Shown here one piece after another: positions 1 to 13,817 of a DNA stretch of 64,000 nt. Position 1 is the stretch's first letter. Each line of letters begins with the position of its first letter. This stretch comes from Macrostomum lignano (lineage: Eukaryota). A program made the translations under genes and the position numbers. Under the pieces are notes generated by a model. It saw nothing but the letters and a program-made list of their open reading frames with translations, was not told the DNA's origin and made no database searches. The stretch is taken from assembly GCA_002269645.1 (NCBI GenBank), contig NIVC01000067.1, positions 496,001 through 560,000 on the forward strand, in the 5' to 3' direction.

Positions 1-743
1 GTTAACCAACAAACTAAAAGGTGCCCAAAGCCCTTATGAGTTAACCAACAAACTAAAAGGTGCCCAAAGTCCTTATGAGTTAACCAACAAACTAAAAGGT
101 GCCCAAAGCCCTTATGAGTCAACCAACAAACTAAAATGTGCCCAAAGCCCTTATGAGTCAACCAACAAACTAAAAAGTGCCCAAAGCCCTTATGAGTCAA
201 CCAACAAACTAAAAGGTGCCCAAAGCCCTTATGAGTTAACCAACAAACTAAAAAGTGCCCAAAGCCCTTATGAGTTAACCAACAAACTAAAAGGTGCCCA
301 AAGCCCTTATGAGTTAACCAACAAACTAAAAGGTGCCCAAAGTCCTTATGAGTTAACCAACAAACTAAAAGGTGCCCAAAGCCCTTATGAGTTAACCAAC
401 AAACTAAAAAGTGCCCAAAGCCCTTATGAGTTAACCAACAAACTAAAAAGTGCCCAAAGCCCTTATGAGTTAACCAACAAACTAAAAGGTGCCCAAAGTC
501 CTTATGAGTTAACCAACAAACTAAAAGGTGCCCAAAGCCCTTATGAGGTTACCAACAAACTAAAAAGTGCCCAAAGCCCTTATGAGTTAACCAACAAACT
601 AAAAAGTGCCCAAAGCCCTTATGAGTTAACCAACAAACTAAAAGGTGCCCAAAGCCCTTATGAGTCAACCAACAAACTAAAAGGAGCCCAAAGCCCTTAT
701 GAGTCAACCAACAAACTAAAAGGTGCCCAAAGCCCTTATGAGT
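1..743. repeat. 39-bp minisatellite (GTTAACCAACAAACTAAAAGGTGCCCAAAGCCCTTATGA), ~19 copies, runs off window start
   Basis: Direct tandem periodicity read from sequence. Confidence 0.97.
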
Positions 744-2269
744 CGTCTCAATGATGCTTGTGCATCGGGCCCCAGTTCCAGACAGTACTTCTTCTGCTTT
801 AAGGAATCAGGACTCAGAATATTACAAGAGTGTTTACCGCATGGGCACCTTCTATCTTACGGCTTCTGGCGACAGTCAGTCATGTACACTCTCTGTACCT
901 TGAGGTTCGCCCTCCCTGGGTGTGAATAGACTGACAAACCCCAGGCCAGAACTTCATGTCGAAAGTCCGACCATCTTGGGGGGGGCGGTAAATGCGTCTG
1001 ACTATTCCGGTTGGGCTTGTGCGATTTACACGCGACGCAGAGTTGGGGCTGGATGAGGAGGGATTGGGAAGAGCGGAGGGCGAAGACTGAGTGGATTGAA
1101 GCTTCCGCCCGGTTTTCATTGTTTTTTTCAAGCATTTTTTATATCAAAATGGTTGGCCAGGTGATAGGCGCCAGTGGATAGACACTGCTCACTGGAGCAA
1201 AGGGTGTCGACTTTTCAATGTTGTTGAGTACAAGTCAGTGCCGCGTCTGTGCGCTTATGCTTGTGCGCGCTTATGTCAGATATTGTAAAAAATACACCTG
1301 CGCGCTTATTCAGCCGGGGCGAACACAGTTCATTTCAGGCGCATCCAATGCCAATAGAAATGGCCTCATATATCTAACTTACGGCCTGATAGAGACCCAA
1401 CTTCCGGGATCTGTTGCAGGTGCTTTGGGGGAGGGGGCGCCGCGGCTGCCCACGGAGAGTTGGACAAATTTATGACCCCCAACAGGCCCGCACTGCCTTG
1501 AAATCCCAGACGGCTATTAATAAGCTGGGCTGCCAAAACCAGCGGCTAAACAGCGCTGCCCCCCCCCCCACCCAGATTGGATTGTTGGGACCGGGGAGTT
1601 GAAGTCCGAGATTCCTGTAACCCCGCGCTGCATGGCCGAGACGCGGAGCTCTAAATCGAGCAATTGGAATGGAAGCTGATGAAGTGGCCGAAGCTTCTGC
1701 ATGTTTGGATCGTACTTTTTTTCAGGAACTAACATGTATCTCTTATTTCGATAAAGAGGTTGATACGCGCAGTTATTAGCAAACTTTGAAACGCAATCAA
1801 ATCTATAATTATTGTAATCCAGTTGAGATGATCGGCGACATGCAGTCAGTTTCCAATCCGGATAGCTAGTTTTAGAGCTCCATGGCGGAGGCGGCGGGCG
1901 CCAAACCGCCGCTCCGCTCCAGCCCGCGGCAGAGGGGGCCATGATTGATTGTCTCGCACCGGGCCCCGCATAGTTCCGCTATCAGGCCCCAATCTGTGCA
2001 TTGGAAGCCACTCGGCCTACCCTGCCGGCCACTCAAAAGCCCGAAAAATCGCCCGAACCTCCCCCCCCACCACCGCTAAACAACAGGCCGAGGCTGCGGG
2101 GTGTTCAGGCCGCCAGTAATATTGAGTTCCTTGATATCTACAGGTGAAAATTCATAGCTAAATATTTGGGGACATTGTGAATATTAGCTGCGTTTAGCGA
2201 ACAGGGCCCTCGACTCACAATCGTGCCTTGACCTTCGTCATTTGAGTCAGTTAGTAGTGAGGTGGAAAG

Positions 2270-2488
2270 CAGTCCGCTGACCGGATGCGTATGCAGGGGG
2301 TGCACGACGGCTCTGACTTTCTTATCATCAGGCATGTACACTCCCTGTGCCTTGTAGGTTGGCCTTTATGGGCGATAATCGCACGACAAGCTCTCATACC
2401 ATTACTTAGTGCTCAAATTCCGAATCCGGAATCGAACCAAGGGACTCTGGTGCGAGAGTCAGACGGGCTACCGCTTGACTACTCATCC
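2270..2488 (-). mobile_element. tRNA-derived SINE, family A (hairpin core)
   Basis: Minus strand reads GTAGTCAAGCGGTAG (A box) ... GGTTCGATTCC (B box), then core GTGTACATGCCTGATGATAAGAAAGTCAG shared with copies at 6710-6979 and 29249-29580. Confidence 0.8.
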
Positions 2489-2540
2489 AGGAATGTTCCT
2501 TTGCGTACCTATAATTATCCTATGATCTGCCCCACCCGCA

Positions 2541-2776
2541 GGGAATGCCTGCCAGACGGCAGCCCGGAGGCGCAGCAGATTCTGGCCAGCGACACAGGGG
2601 AGCGCCGGCGCGAGATCCTCTGCAGCGTGATGTGCTGCGGCCGGCCCTACAGGAACGTCACGGTCAGCTATCCAGGCAACCATCCCGACTGCAAGGCCAA
2701 GTCCTGCCGTCTGTTGCAGAATCCGTTCAGAGTGGACTGCCAGCCCTGCGTGCTGTCGAAATCTTTCTGCAGTTGA
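2541..2776 (+). CDS. Terminal exon of a divergent Wnt-like secreted protein (upstream exons not identified)
   Basis: Acceptor cccacccgcAG at 2539-2540, phase 2. Translation ECLPDG...CSVMCCGRPY...DCKAKSC...RVDCQPC...FCS* follows the Wnt C-terminal CxxMCCGRGY...VxCxxC...C cysteine pattern. Confidence 0.6.
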
Positions 2777-2939
2777 AGGGCCTTCAGCGCTCTCACAGCC
2801 CTTTCTCCGTCGCTGCTGTAATTGAATTTCCTATCTATTCTGAGCTGGCTGACTGGCTATGTTGACTGCTTTTCAATTCGCTGCCTGTTCACTGAGTTCT
2901 ATCGGCCCTTTGCCAGCTCCTTCTTTACGGCGCTTTTCT

Positions 2940-3250
2940 GCTCTCTGTTCGACTCTGTCCGACCCTGTCCGAGTTTGTCCGAGTATGTAAGAGGCTGTCC
3001 GACCCTGTCCGATACTGTCCGAGTCAATCCAATACTGTCCGACCCTGTCCGACCCTGTCCGATACTGTCCGAGTCTGTTCGACCCTGTCAGGGACTTCCT
3101 GTACTGTCCGACCCTATTCGATCTTATCCGAGCTTGTACAACCTGTCCGGCTCTGACTTGCTCTGTCCGACTCTGTCCGGCTCTGTCCGACCCTTCCGAC
3201 ACTATCAGACTCTCTCAAAACCTGTCCGACCCTGTCCGGCTCTGTCCAAT
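2940..3250. repeat. Degenerate ~9-10 bp tandem repeat (CTGTCCGAC)
   Basis: Recurrent CTGTCCGA motif. ORFs 2822-3349 and 2873-3202 are by-products of it. Confidence 0.85.
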
Positions 3251-3984
3251 TCTCCCGGCTCTGCTGTCTTCTTCTATCTCAAACACTGTTTTCATATCTG
3301 TCTTCCTTCATTGCGCCACTCGAAGGGCTGGTCCATATCGCCACGATAAACATGGCAGTCTTCCTCCTATCTGCCTGAAGCCGCGCAGTATTTCAGCTGC
3401 TGGTTTATAAGGAACAGATCGAATGGAAGATGGTTTTTCGCCTTAAATTAAATCATTCTTGTCTTTGATATTCATCTTACTAGCCGTTCGCCCGCACTCT
3501 ACTATACTGGAGTAGTAGAAGAGGCATTTGTGGGGTGAATAAAATTCGGATTCTTATTGGTAAAAACTATTTACGTGGCTCAAAAAGACTGTGTGTGTAT
3601 TTTTCTCGTCGTTTCCCTTGCCTCTTGCCCCTAAAAAACTTCTATTAAGCTTAGACAGACACTAGTGGATTGTGTACATGTGACAATACGCTTGCAAACT
3701 TATTCAGCAAAAACATGGTTCTGTTAGTAGACTATCGTATTGTGCAGTGAAATTTTTATAAATGCAAAGTCGCTGCTTTTTATCATTTATTCTACTCTTT
3801 ATCCAATGCTAAATACACATCACTGCCTCATCTAATTTTTTTCAACGGAAAAATACCTGAAATTTGTGGAGAAACTTTTGATTTTGCAGTTCGGGTAAAC
3901 TGGAACAGAATCGACTGAGGCGCAGAATCTGAGTACTGGGAATTCTTTTGAGGGGAATCCGATTGAAGGGAATTCAGTTCAGGG

Positions 3985-6260
3985 AACGCGGGCTGGCCTG
4001 GGTCGCCTTATGCTCGGTGCACTCGGTGCTGCGATCTGAGGCTCTGGATGACGGGACAAGCTATTTCGAGCAGTTGTCGAGACTGTTCTGCTCTACAACC
4101 CTGACGCCGAACCCTGGACACTGACGGATGCCCTGGAGAAACAGCTGGACGCCACGCACTCTGCGATGCTGCGCTCTGCGTTCGACGTGCGCTGCGGCAG
4201 GGGTTCGAAGCCCAACGTCGAGCTCCTACTTACTTACTACCGACGGGGGGCAGAGCGCCGCGAATAGGCCGCGAGGCCCCTATCGCAACCCCAAGCTAAA
4301 ACACAGAAAGGCGTTAGCCTTGGGGCTGCGCCCACCCCTCGCCGGCAGCAGAAGAGCTCGCGAGAGTGGCGTCTGCGATCTTCATCCGTCCAGAATCCCG
4401 AACAAATGCGCGCAGGTCACGGATCCGGTCCGGAGTGGTGAGCTCGTCCAGCCTTCGCGGGTGACCGAGGTGATGTCTCCGCGCCTCGTTGAAGTGCGGG
4501 CAGAAAGTGACGTGGTGCGTCGAGGTTTCCTCCTCTAGATCACAGAATGGGCAGATAAAGGAGCAACCACTTTCAGTGAAATATGTCTCTGGAAGAAGCC
4601 ATGGCCAGTGATGACCATGCACATCTCCCTGAGGTCAGTTTTACTTAAGGAGATTAGATATTCGGATACTTTCCGGTTTATGACAGGCATTGCTATTCGC
4701 GTTTGCCGATATTCGGAGCAGCTGTTCCAGTGAACCTGGTGCTGGCGGTTCAGCCACTCTTGAATGGCGCGATTGACTGATGACTTCGGAGAAGGTAACT
4801 TGACTGGGCGTTGCGCTCCGCCGGGGTGCAACCCCGCTTGGCGAGTTAATCTACCAGCTCATTGCCGAGGATGTTGCTGTGGCCTGGTGTCCAGATAACA
4901 TTGATCCTGTTGAGAATCGCCAGGGTATGCAAGCTTTTGAGGCAGTCTGAAACTGACTTGGTTGAGAGCTTGATGGAAGACAAGGCCTTAATAGCGGCCT
5001 GGCTGTCAGAGTAAAAATTAATATCAAACTGCTGATGCCAGCTTGTGCAAATTTGCTCAGCGCACTGGTTGATGCCTACAACTTTGGATTGAAAAACCGA
5101 GACATTCTCACCAAGATGAAGACTCTCTTGTAAGATCGCTTCACCCTTGTGGAAAATGGCAATGCCCGCACCAGCGAGACCGTCACACAGGGATCCGTCA
5201 GTGAAGCAGTGAATACCCTGGCTTCTCCAGTTGATGCCCACGTCCAGTGGGTGGCTCCCTCGCGGCGGAAGGGTACACTTGAAGCCCTTCCTGAGGATGA
5301 AAGTGGGGGGTTTGCAGTCCACCTCGTCTAAATTGAGGTGGATGCGTTGAAGATCGCGACGGATGTAGTCCAGATGTGGGATGAGAGTCTTCCCGGGCAT
5401 GAAGCCCGAGGGCGTGTTAGCAATAAATTTATCACAAATGAGACGCGTGGCGCCCTTCATCGCCTCAGCTCTAATGAACAAATGCAGCGGAGGCATGCTG
5501 AGGATGGTGTTGAGCCCCTCGTAAGGGGTGGATGGATACGCACCGGTGATGGCACGGCAGATGTTACCCTGCAGCTGGTACAGCCGGTCCCGCACAGTCT
5601 TCAACTCCAACGCACTGGACCAGATAACACACACGCGTAGGTGATACTGGGTCGAATGATGCCGGTGTAGATCCACCTGACCGTCTTGGGAGATAGCCCC
5701 CAGGTAGGCCCGATGGCTCTCCTCACCTGCGCGAAGCAGCGCCTGGCGCGCCCGATGACATTGTCAGCGTGCTTGGTGCAACGCAGATCGTGAGTGAGCA
5801 TCACACCTAGATATTTTGTTTCCTTGACTAGGGGGATGTCCTTACCATAGCTGGTGAGGTTCCGCATGCTCCACTTCCGCTTCCTGGTGAAGATAATGGC
5901 CACCGTCTTAGCGGTGCTAATGGTTAGGCCGTGCCGGGTAGCCCAGGCTTGCGCCTTATCCGCGAACTGCTGCATCAAGCTTCGAAGGGTGCTGGTGTCA
6001 GGGCCACTGACAATAGCAGCGACATCATCAGTGTAGCCTGCCTTGACGATCCTGCTGGGGACGTCAGGCGTCAGGAGTTCGTCCATCACGAGATTCCAAA
6101 GCAGTGGGGTGAGCACCCCACCTTGGGCTCCGCCCAGCGTCGAGCTCTACGCTAGGGCCCGCCTAACGCGGCCTTCTGACCTGCTGCGCGAGAGGAGGCT
6201 ACTCAAGTTGGGGCTGGCCACGTCATCCAGTCAGAGAGTCGCTGTCGTGAGCCGTTACAC
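3985..6260 (+). mobile_element. RTE-like LINE RT C-terminal remnant, split by a younger LINE (pieces ~3985-4225 and 6148-~6260)
   Basis: Removing 4226-6147 rejoins LAWVAL...LFRAVVETVLLYNPDAEPWTLTDALEKQLDATHSAMLRSAF...[22 protein letters not shown], resembling the RTE thumb region (LFxAVVESVLLYGxETWTLT...NEELY...RERRL). Frameshifted. Confidence 0.7.
4226..6137 (-). mobile_element. 5'-truncated LOA/I-group LINE (RT C-half, RNase H, CCHC), frameshifted
   Basis: [25 protein letters not shown], RNase [32 protein letters not shown]...HHVTFCP. 3' tail (GTAA)n. 10-bp TSD CGTCGAGCTC at 4216-4225 and 6138-6147. Confidence 0.92.
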
Positions 6261-6709
6261 GACCTGCTGTTGTAGACTGTTGTAGATTGGTGTACTGAAT
6301 ACACTAGCGCTTATGAGAAAAATCCGACCTAATGGCAGAATAGTCGAATATCTCGACGGTCCGGAGGGCTGGCGACTTGATTCTTGTTTGAGAAGGTGCA
6401 CAACAAAAAGTTGGCCTGTGTTCTTGAATTTCGTGTGCCTGCGTTGCTCCAATACGGCGCAGCATAAAAAATTGTCAAGGTTTAAATTTCACCCCCCCCC
6501 CTCTTGGACGCACAGCACGAATTTATGCTTCAACAGTAGGAATACCAACCGAAAGCATAAATTCGGTTTTATTTAGAGACAGAGCGTATCCTAAATTAGA
6601 TGCCATATATTGCCAATTGAACTATTTGGCGAAACTGACACTCGGACAGTGTTTTTATTACTATTAATTTCTAAATTTAAAGTCTGTTATGTAAACAAAT
6701 ACCCAATTA

Positions 6710-6979
6710 AACATTGGCAGGAGGCTGTGAGCACCCTGGAAGCAATACCTTCAGCGACATCGTCCCACAACCAGTGCTGACGACAATTCTGCCCAGTCCA
6801 CTGACTCCTGAGCACACGCACTTATGCACACGCTTGCACAGGGCACAGCAGCCCTGACTTTCAAATCGTCGGGCATGTACACTTTCTGCGCCTTGGGGGT
6901 TGCTCTCATGGCCGTGACTCAGCCGAGCACGGAATCGAACCACGGAGTCATGCGCGTTTACTGCTGATCTGCAACGCCC
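6710..6979 (-). mobile_element. tRNA-derived SINE, family A
   Basis: Minus strand: degenerate A box, GGTTCGATTCC B box, core AAAGTGTACATGCCCGACGATTTGAAAGTCAGGG, and 3' CTGGTTGTGGGACGATGTCGCTGAAGG matching the copy at 29249-29580. Confidence 0.82.
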
Positions 6980-7457
6980 CTTGCCAAATATTGACTTTAA
7001 CCAAACCTTTTGCATTCAATCTTGTACAGCAATGAACAGACTGCCGAAGGAACGGTCAAGACCTACAGAACTTTTGTTTTAAGATATGGGGAAAAAGTTA
7101 CAAACCCTAGGGATTTACGCGTAGTGTAAGGTAGATTAACCCTCCGGACTATGAAAGTCTGTATGAACTGACGTCAACCAGCCCTCGCGCTCGCTGGAAG
7201 ATCCAAGACGGAGACAAAATGACATTTTTGTCTCTTTGAAAAGTTAACTGAACCAGCTGTCCCCACTCTGTCAGTCTGGCCAGCTGTTCCCAGCTACTGT
7301 ATTGGATTGGAGCGAGCGGCTGTAGCAACTCGCGTGTCACCTGCGCTGCGGCCGAAAACTCCACTGATTTAAGGAGTTTTGCATCGGAAGGACAGGAGAT
7401 GGAAAGGATTCCCTGACATAAATGGGCCTCGGCTGTCTAGGGATGCAGAAATAGAAT

Positions 7458-7932
7458 GGATTGCTAATCTATAGTCTACGGATTGCTAATCTATAGTCTA
7501 CGGATTGCTAATCTATAGTCCACGGATTGCTAATCTATAGTCCACGGATTGCTAGTCTATAGTCCACGGATTGCTAATCTATAGTCTACGGATTGCTAAT
7601 CTATAGTCTACGGATTGCTAATCTATAGTCCACGGATTGCTAATCTATAGTCCACGGATTGCTAATCTATAGTCCACGGATTGCTAATCTATAGTCTACG
7701 GATTGCTAATCTATAGTCTACGGATTGCTAATCTATAGTCCACGGATTGCTAATCTATAGTCTACGGATTGCTAATCTATAGTCTACGGATTGCTAATCT
7801 ATAGTCCACGGATTGCTAATCTATAGTCCACGGATTGCTAATCTATAGTCTACGGATTGCTAATCTATAGTCTACGGATTGCTAATCTATAGTCCACGGA
7901 TTGCTAATCTACAGTGAGTGGATTGCTAATCC
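7458..7932. repeat. 22-bp minisatellite (CGGATTGCTAATCTATAGTCYA)
   Basis: Direct tandem periodicity. Confidence 0.96.
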
Positions 7933-8283
7933 ATGCGACAGCACAATACAGCACAGCACAGCAAGCTGCGAGCTATGCTCTTCAAGAGACGAAGCGAATT
8001 CTCGGGGAGATTTCGGAGGGGGCTGCCTGGGGGACCGGCTTAATTGCTGCGGGTTCGGGAAGAAGCACCGGACTAGAAGAGAAGCTTCCGGACAGGCAAT
8101 GGGGGAAACTTAGGCTGGGGGGGTTGGGACGGGATTGCTTAGGGGGAACAGACCGGGGGGGAGTTCCCGGAGCTAAAATAACCCAACCAGTTTTCCCCTT
8201 TGCCCCAGTGGAAAACTGCGCAGTCAAGCAGCCCTGCGCAGAGCCATGGAGATCTGCGGCCTGAGCTTGGAGTTGTTCCCTGC

Positions 8284-8700
8284 GGCGCCATTTCATCTGA
8301 TATTGTGGCGCTATTCAATTTAATAGGGGCGCCATTTCATCTGATATTGTGGCGCTATTCAATTTAATAGGGGCGCCATTTCATCTGATATTGTGGCGCT
8401 ATTCAATTTAATAGGGACGCCATTTCATCTGATATTGTGGCGCTATTCAATTTAATAGGGGCGCCATTTAATCTGATATTGTGGCGCTATCTAATTTAAT
8501 AGGGTCGCCATTTCATCTGATATTGTGGCGCTATTAAATTTAATAGGGGCGCCATTTCATCTGATAGGGGCGCCATTTCATTTGATAGAAGCGCCATTTC
8601 ATCTGATAGGGGTGCCATTTTATCTGATAGAGGCGCCATTTCATCTGATAGGGGCGCCATTTCATTTGATATGAGTGCTATTTCATCTGATATGGGCGCC
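8284..8700. repeat. 44-bp minisatellite (GGCGCCATTTCATCTGATATTGTGGCGCTATTCAATTTAATAGG) decaying into its ~20-bp sub-unit
   Basis: Direct periodicity; unit shortens after ~8550. Confidence 0.93.
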
Positions 8701-8812
8701 AGCGTCAGCACTGGGGATACCATGTACTTTTGCCGGTCAATCGGGAAGGATACTCCTAGTCCAGAGTAGTTACCTTCGATTAAATTCAGTTGCAATTCTT
8801 TTGACAGTCAAC

Positions 8813-9304
8813 ATGGCGCGTCAAACGCTATACACAAAGTTTACGGAAGTTGGTTCCGAAGAAACACGATTTGCGGATAAAACGCTTCACTGGGCTGCCG
8901 CAATCCAGGTATATCCTGGTTCTAAAGCTCCACGGCACAGCCCAATCATAATAGTACATCAGCGGTTAGAGAGTCTCTGGTAGTGACGGTGGACATAAAG
9001 TTCTACCCAGCCGTCGCCCTCCCCCCGCTCTGAAGGCAGCAGCGCTGGCCTGTTGGAACCGCAGGATCCAATGCCCAGACCCATCTAGTGATCGAAGATG
9101 AACCAGGGGGGGGGGCAGGGCCGGAGGCAGAGGGCCCTATCAGCGGCAGCTATTTATGGCCGCGGCAGCGTCTGCTGGGCCAGAACCGCGAATTCGGTCG
9201 ATTCTGAACTTCGCAATTTCTGCGCGATTTCAACTGGACTCGATTGTGGCTTTTTTGGATGCGAATCGAAATTTCTTCGATTGAAAACGCTGCCGGCTGC
9301 GTCT
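8813..9304 (+). CDS. Possible two exons of a profilin-like protein (tentative)
   Basis: ATG 8813 to donor CAG|GTATAT 8908; second segment ends at TCT|GTAAGT 9304. Peptide ...HWAAAIQ/...LSAAAIYGRGSVCWART...GFFGCESKFL resembles profilin WxAY...AAIxGxDGxxWA...GxxxxGxKY. Acceptor weak; C-terminal exon not found. Confidence 0.25.
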
Positions 9305-9401
9305 GTAAGTGAAGAGCCATTGGCTGTTTGAGAAACTGCCCAGGTAATTAGGGTTATAAGTACCTGGGTAAGGATTAAAATACTGAAGGGATTATGGATC
9401 A

Positions 9402-10470
9402 AAAGACTGAAATGATTAGGGATTAAGAGACAAAAGGGATTTGGGATTAAAAGACTGAAGGGATTTGGGATTAAAAGACTGAAGGGATTTGGGATTAAAA
9501 GACTGAAGGGATTTGGGATTAAAAGACTGAAGGGATTTGGGATTAAAAGACTGACGGGATTTGGGATTAAAAGACTGAAGGGATTTGGGATTAGAGACTG
9601 AAGGGATTTGGGATTAGAAGACTGACGGGATTTGGGATTAAAAGACTGACGGGATTTGGGATTAAAAGACTGAAGGGATTTGGAATTAAAAGACTGAAGG
9701 GATTTTGGATTAAAAGACTGACGGGATTTGGGATTAGAGACTGAAGGGATTTGGGATTAAAAGACTGAAGGGATTTGGGATTAAAAGACTGAAGGGATTT
9801 TGGATTAAAAGACTGACGGGATTTGGGATTAAAAGACTGACGGGATTTGGGATTAAAAGACTGAAGGGATTTGGGATTAAAAGACTGAAGGGATTTGGGA
9901 TTAAAAGACTGAAGGGATTTTGGATTAAAAGACTGACGGGATTTGGGATTAAAAGACTGACGGGATTTGGGATTAGAGACTGAAGGGATTTGGGATTAAA
10001 AGACTGAAGGGATTTGGGATTAAAAGACTGAAGGGATTTTGGATTAAAAGACTGACGGGATTTGGGATTAAAAGACTGACGGGATTTGGGATTAAAAGAC
10101 TGAAGGGATTTGGGATTAAAAGACTGAAGGGATTTGGGATTAGAAGACTGAAGGGATTTGGGATTAGAAGACTGAAGGGATTTGGGATTAGAAGACTGAC
10201 GGGATTTGGGATTAAAAGACTGACGGGATTTGGGATTAAAAGACTGAAGGGATTTGGGATTAAAAGACTGAAGGGATTTGGGATTAAAAGACTGACGGGA
10301 TTTGGGATTAAAAGACTGAAGGGATTTGGGATTAAAAGACTGAAGGGATTTGGGATTAAAAGACTGACGGGATTTGGGATTAAAAGACTGAAGGGATTTG
10401 GGATTAAAAGACTGAAGGGATTTGGGATTAAAAGACTGAAGGGATTTGGGATTCAAGGACTGAACGGATT
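9402..10470. repeat. 24-bp minisatellite (GGGATTTGGGATTAAAAGACTGAM)
   Basis: Direct periodicity; the variant GGGATTTTGG recurs at ~120-bp spacing. Confidence 0.97.
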
Positions 10471-10851
10471 TGCCAAAGGAGCTATTGATTGGGACACAAA
10501 CGGAATCAGGGAAAACTGAAAAGAGCTTTCGATCGAAACCGAGTGAAGGATAAAGTGCAGCAGAATGATGAATTTCCTAGTGACGCAGGACATGACGCCT
10601 GAATCCAGTAAACATGCGACTTGCCCAAAAACTGTTTTCTCCCCAGACTTGTCTTCTTCTGGTTGGGAGGACAGCATGACAGAGAAAGAGAAATAACAGA
10701 AACAGTGAATTCTCGCACAGAACCTTCCGTTTCCCACAAGATTCTCCTCCTTCAGCTGATGAAACAAGTTTGTTGCAACAAGAAAATTTCTAGTTTACAG
10801 CATTGCTTGGCTCTGCGCGTTTTGGCAAGAATAAAAATACATAAATAAAAA

Positions 10852-11868
<1,017 letters not shown>

Positions 11869-12779
11869 CCAGTTCCGCAATCCGATTAACCAGACCGGTT
11901 CAACTTGGTAGACAGGGATGAGTTTTCGCTCGCTAAGTCCGGCAGTCGCAGATGTTTCGCTTCCCGCCTGAAACGGCGACCCCCCGCAGGCGGCCCCACT
12001 TCCCATAAGCTCCGGCTAAGTGCCACATAAGGATAAGTCCGCGGCTCCAGGGTCAAGCCGCAGGTAAACATGTGTTTCTCTTCAAGCCAAGCTACATTTA
12101 GCAGACCAGAGGGAAACAAATTTGTTGCCGAACACTCGGCCAGGCAGCCCCGCAGGCGTCCTCTGCAGCTGCCAGTCACGGCCCGAAAACCCCTCTCCCC
12201 CTAGCAACGGCATCGCCCGGGCCTAACAAGCCCTGGCATAGTTTAGTCCTTCGTGAACTGCACTCCGCATTTCCCTGAAATCCCACAACCTGAGCAGAGA
12301 GGAAGGCGAAATCGGGATGACATTTTTAGACTGAATTATTTGCAGACTCCGCGCGGCCCGTCATCAACCCGGAATAATTGCAGGGATTGGGAGATGCGGA
12401 TTAGCTGAGCTCGAAGGGTTTAGGCAGGCAGGCAGGCAGGGCGGCACAGTGCATGCCCAATGCCAAACATTCGGCTCTCTCGCTTCTCGTTCCGCCGTTT
12501 CTCTTCCACTCTCGAAACACCCGGGCTGGGGGCAGGCAGCTTCCCGAGCAGTTAATTAGGGTAGAGGAGGGAGGTGGCGAGGAGTGTAACAGCTGGGTTG
12601 TAGACAGGAGACTGAAGCTCACCGCAACATGCGCGCCTTAATACCCTTCAATCTTGAGTACAACTTATGTCTATTAACTCAGCATTTCGATCGGGATTAA
12701 TGAGAATATTCCTGTGGCTCAATCCGCTACCTGGATTCTGAAAATTTGATAGTGATTCTCCCATACCTGCAGTCGGACC

Positions 12780-13445
12780 CCTAATCCCACACTGGGGGTC
12801 CCCAATCCCACACTCGGGATCACCAATCTCACACCCGGATCCCCAATCCTTTACCCGGATCCCCAATCCTTTACCCGGATCCCCAATCCCACACCTTGAT
12901 CCAAATGCCACACCCGGATCCCCAATCCCACACCTTGATCCCAATGCCACACCCGGATCCCCAATCCCACACCTTGATCCCAATGCCACACCCGGATCCC
13001 CAATCCCACACCTTGATCTCAATGCCACACCCAGATCCCCAATCCCACACCTTGATCCCAATGCCACACCCAGATCCCCAATCCCACACCTTGATCCCAA
13101 TGCCACACCCGGATCCCCAATTTCACACCTGGATCCCCAATCCCAAACTCGGGATCCCAATCCCACACCTGGATCCCCAATCCCAAACTCGGGATCCCAA
13201 TCCCACACCTGGATCCCCGATCCCAAACTCGGGATCCCCAATCCCACACCTGGATCCCCAATCCCAAACTCGGGATCCCCAATCCCACACCTGGATCCCC
13301 AATCCCAAATTCGGGATCCCCAATCCCACACCTGGATCCCCAATCCCAAACTCGGGATCCCCAATCCCACACCTGGATCCCCAATCCCAAACTCGGGTTC
13401 CCCAATCCCGCACCTTGATCCACAATCCCACACTCAGGATCCCAG
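12780..13445. repeat. ~20-bp compound minisatellite (CCCCAATCCCACACCTGGAT / CCCCAATCCCAAACTCGGGAT)
   Basis: Direct; two alternating unit types. Confidence 0.93.
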
Positions 13446-13813
13446 CATGTGAATCAGAAGGAAGTCTTGCGCACCGCACTTTGCCCGCAGGAGCGAGACG
13501 ACACAGACCCGTCACTGCACGCATTTAGATTTCCAGCTCGAATAGCCGTCCAACCGTCTCGTCATAAGCCAAAAAATCTATTAAATCAAAGTCTCGGCAT
13601 CCAACCGGATCAATTAGTTTAGCTTTCCAATTCTAAATAAGTATAGTCTGCACAGTCCGCATTAGTCTATTAGTCTAATCCTAGCCTAATCGCCAGAGCT
13701 AATAGATGCCCACGCCGATGCAAGCGTCGTCTAAGAAGATCCAGGCTACGGCGACGACCTCAGGCGGCGATGGCGGAGTTGGCAAGTCGGCGACGCCTGT
13801 GGCGAGGAAGAAG

Positions 13814-13817
<4 letters not shown>

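Noticed and set aside
1-743. Regular 30-44 bp arrays as CRISPR
   Set aside because: Units are head-to-tail with no unique spacers, there are no cas genes, and the context is eukaryotic.
780-880. Upstream Wnt exon (GTFYLTASGD resembling LVYLxxSPD)
   Set aside because: It overlaps a SINE family A remnant, and the better donor is out of phase with the 2541 exon.
1517-1942. Minus-strand 141-aa ORF (also 7982-8296, 13706-14098, 19500-19817, 34046-34399) as genes
   Set aside because: No recognisable domain and no convincing multi-exon model; left unannotated.
3478-3530. Helitron 3' end (minus strand ...GCGGGCGAACGGCTAGT)
   Set aside because: The upstream hairpin is weak and AT-rich, and no 5' TC terminus or second copy was identified.
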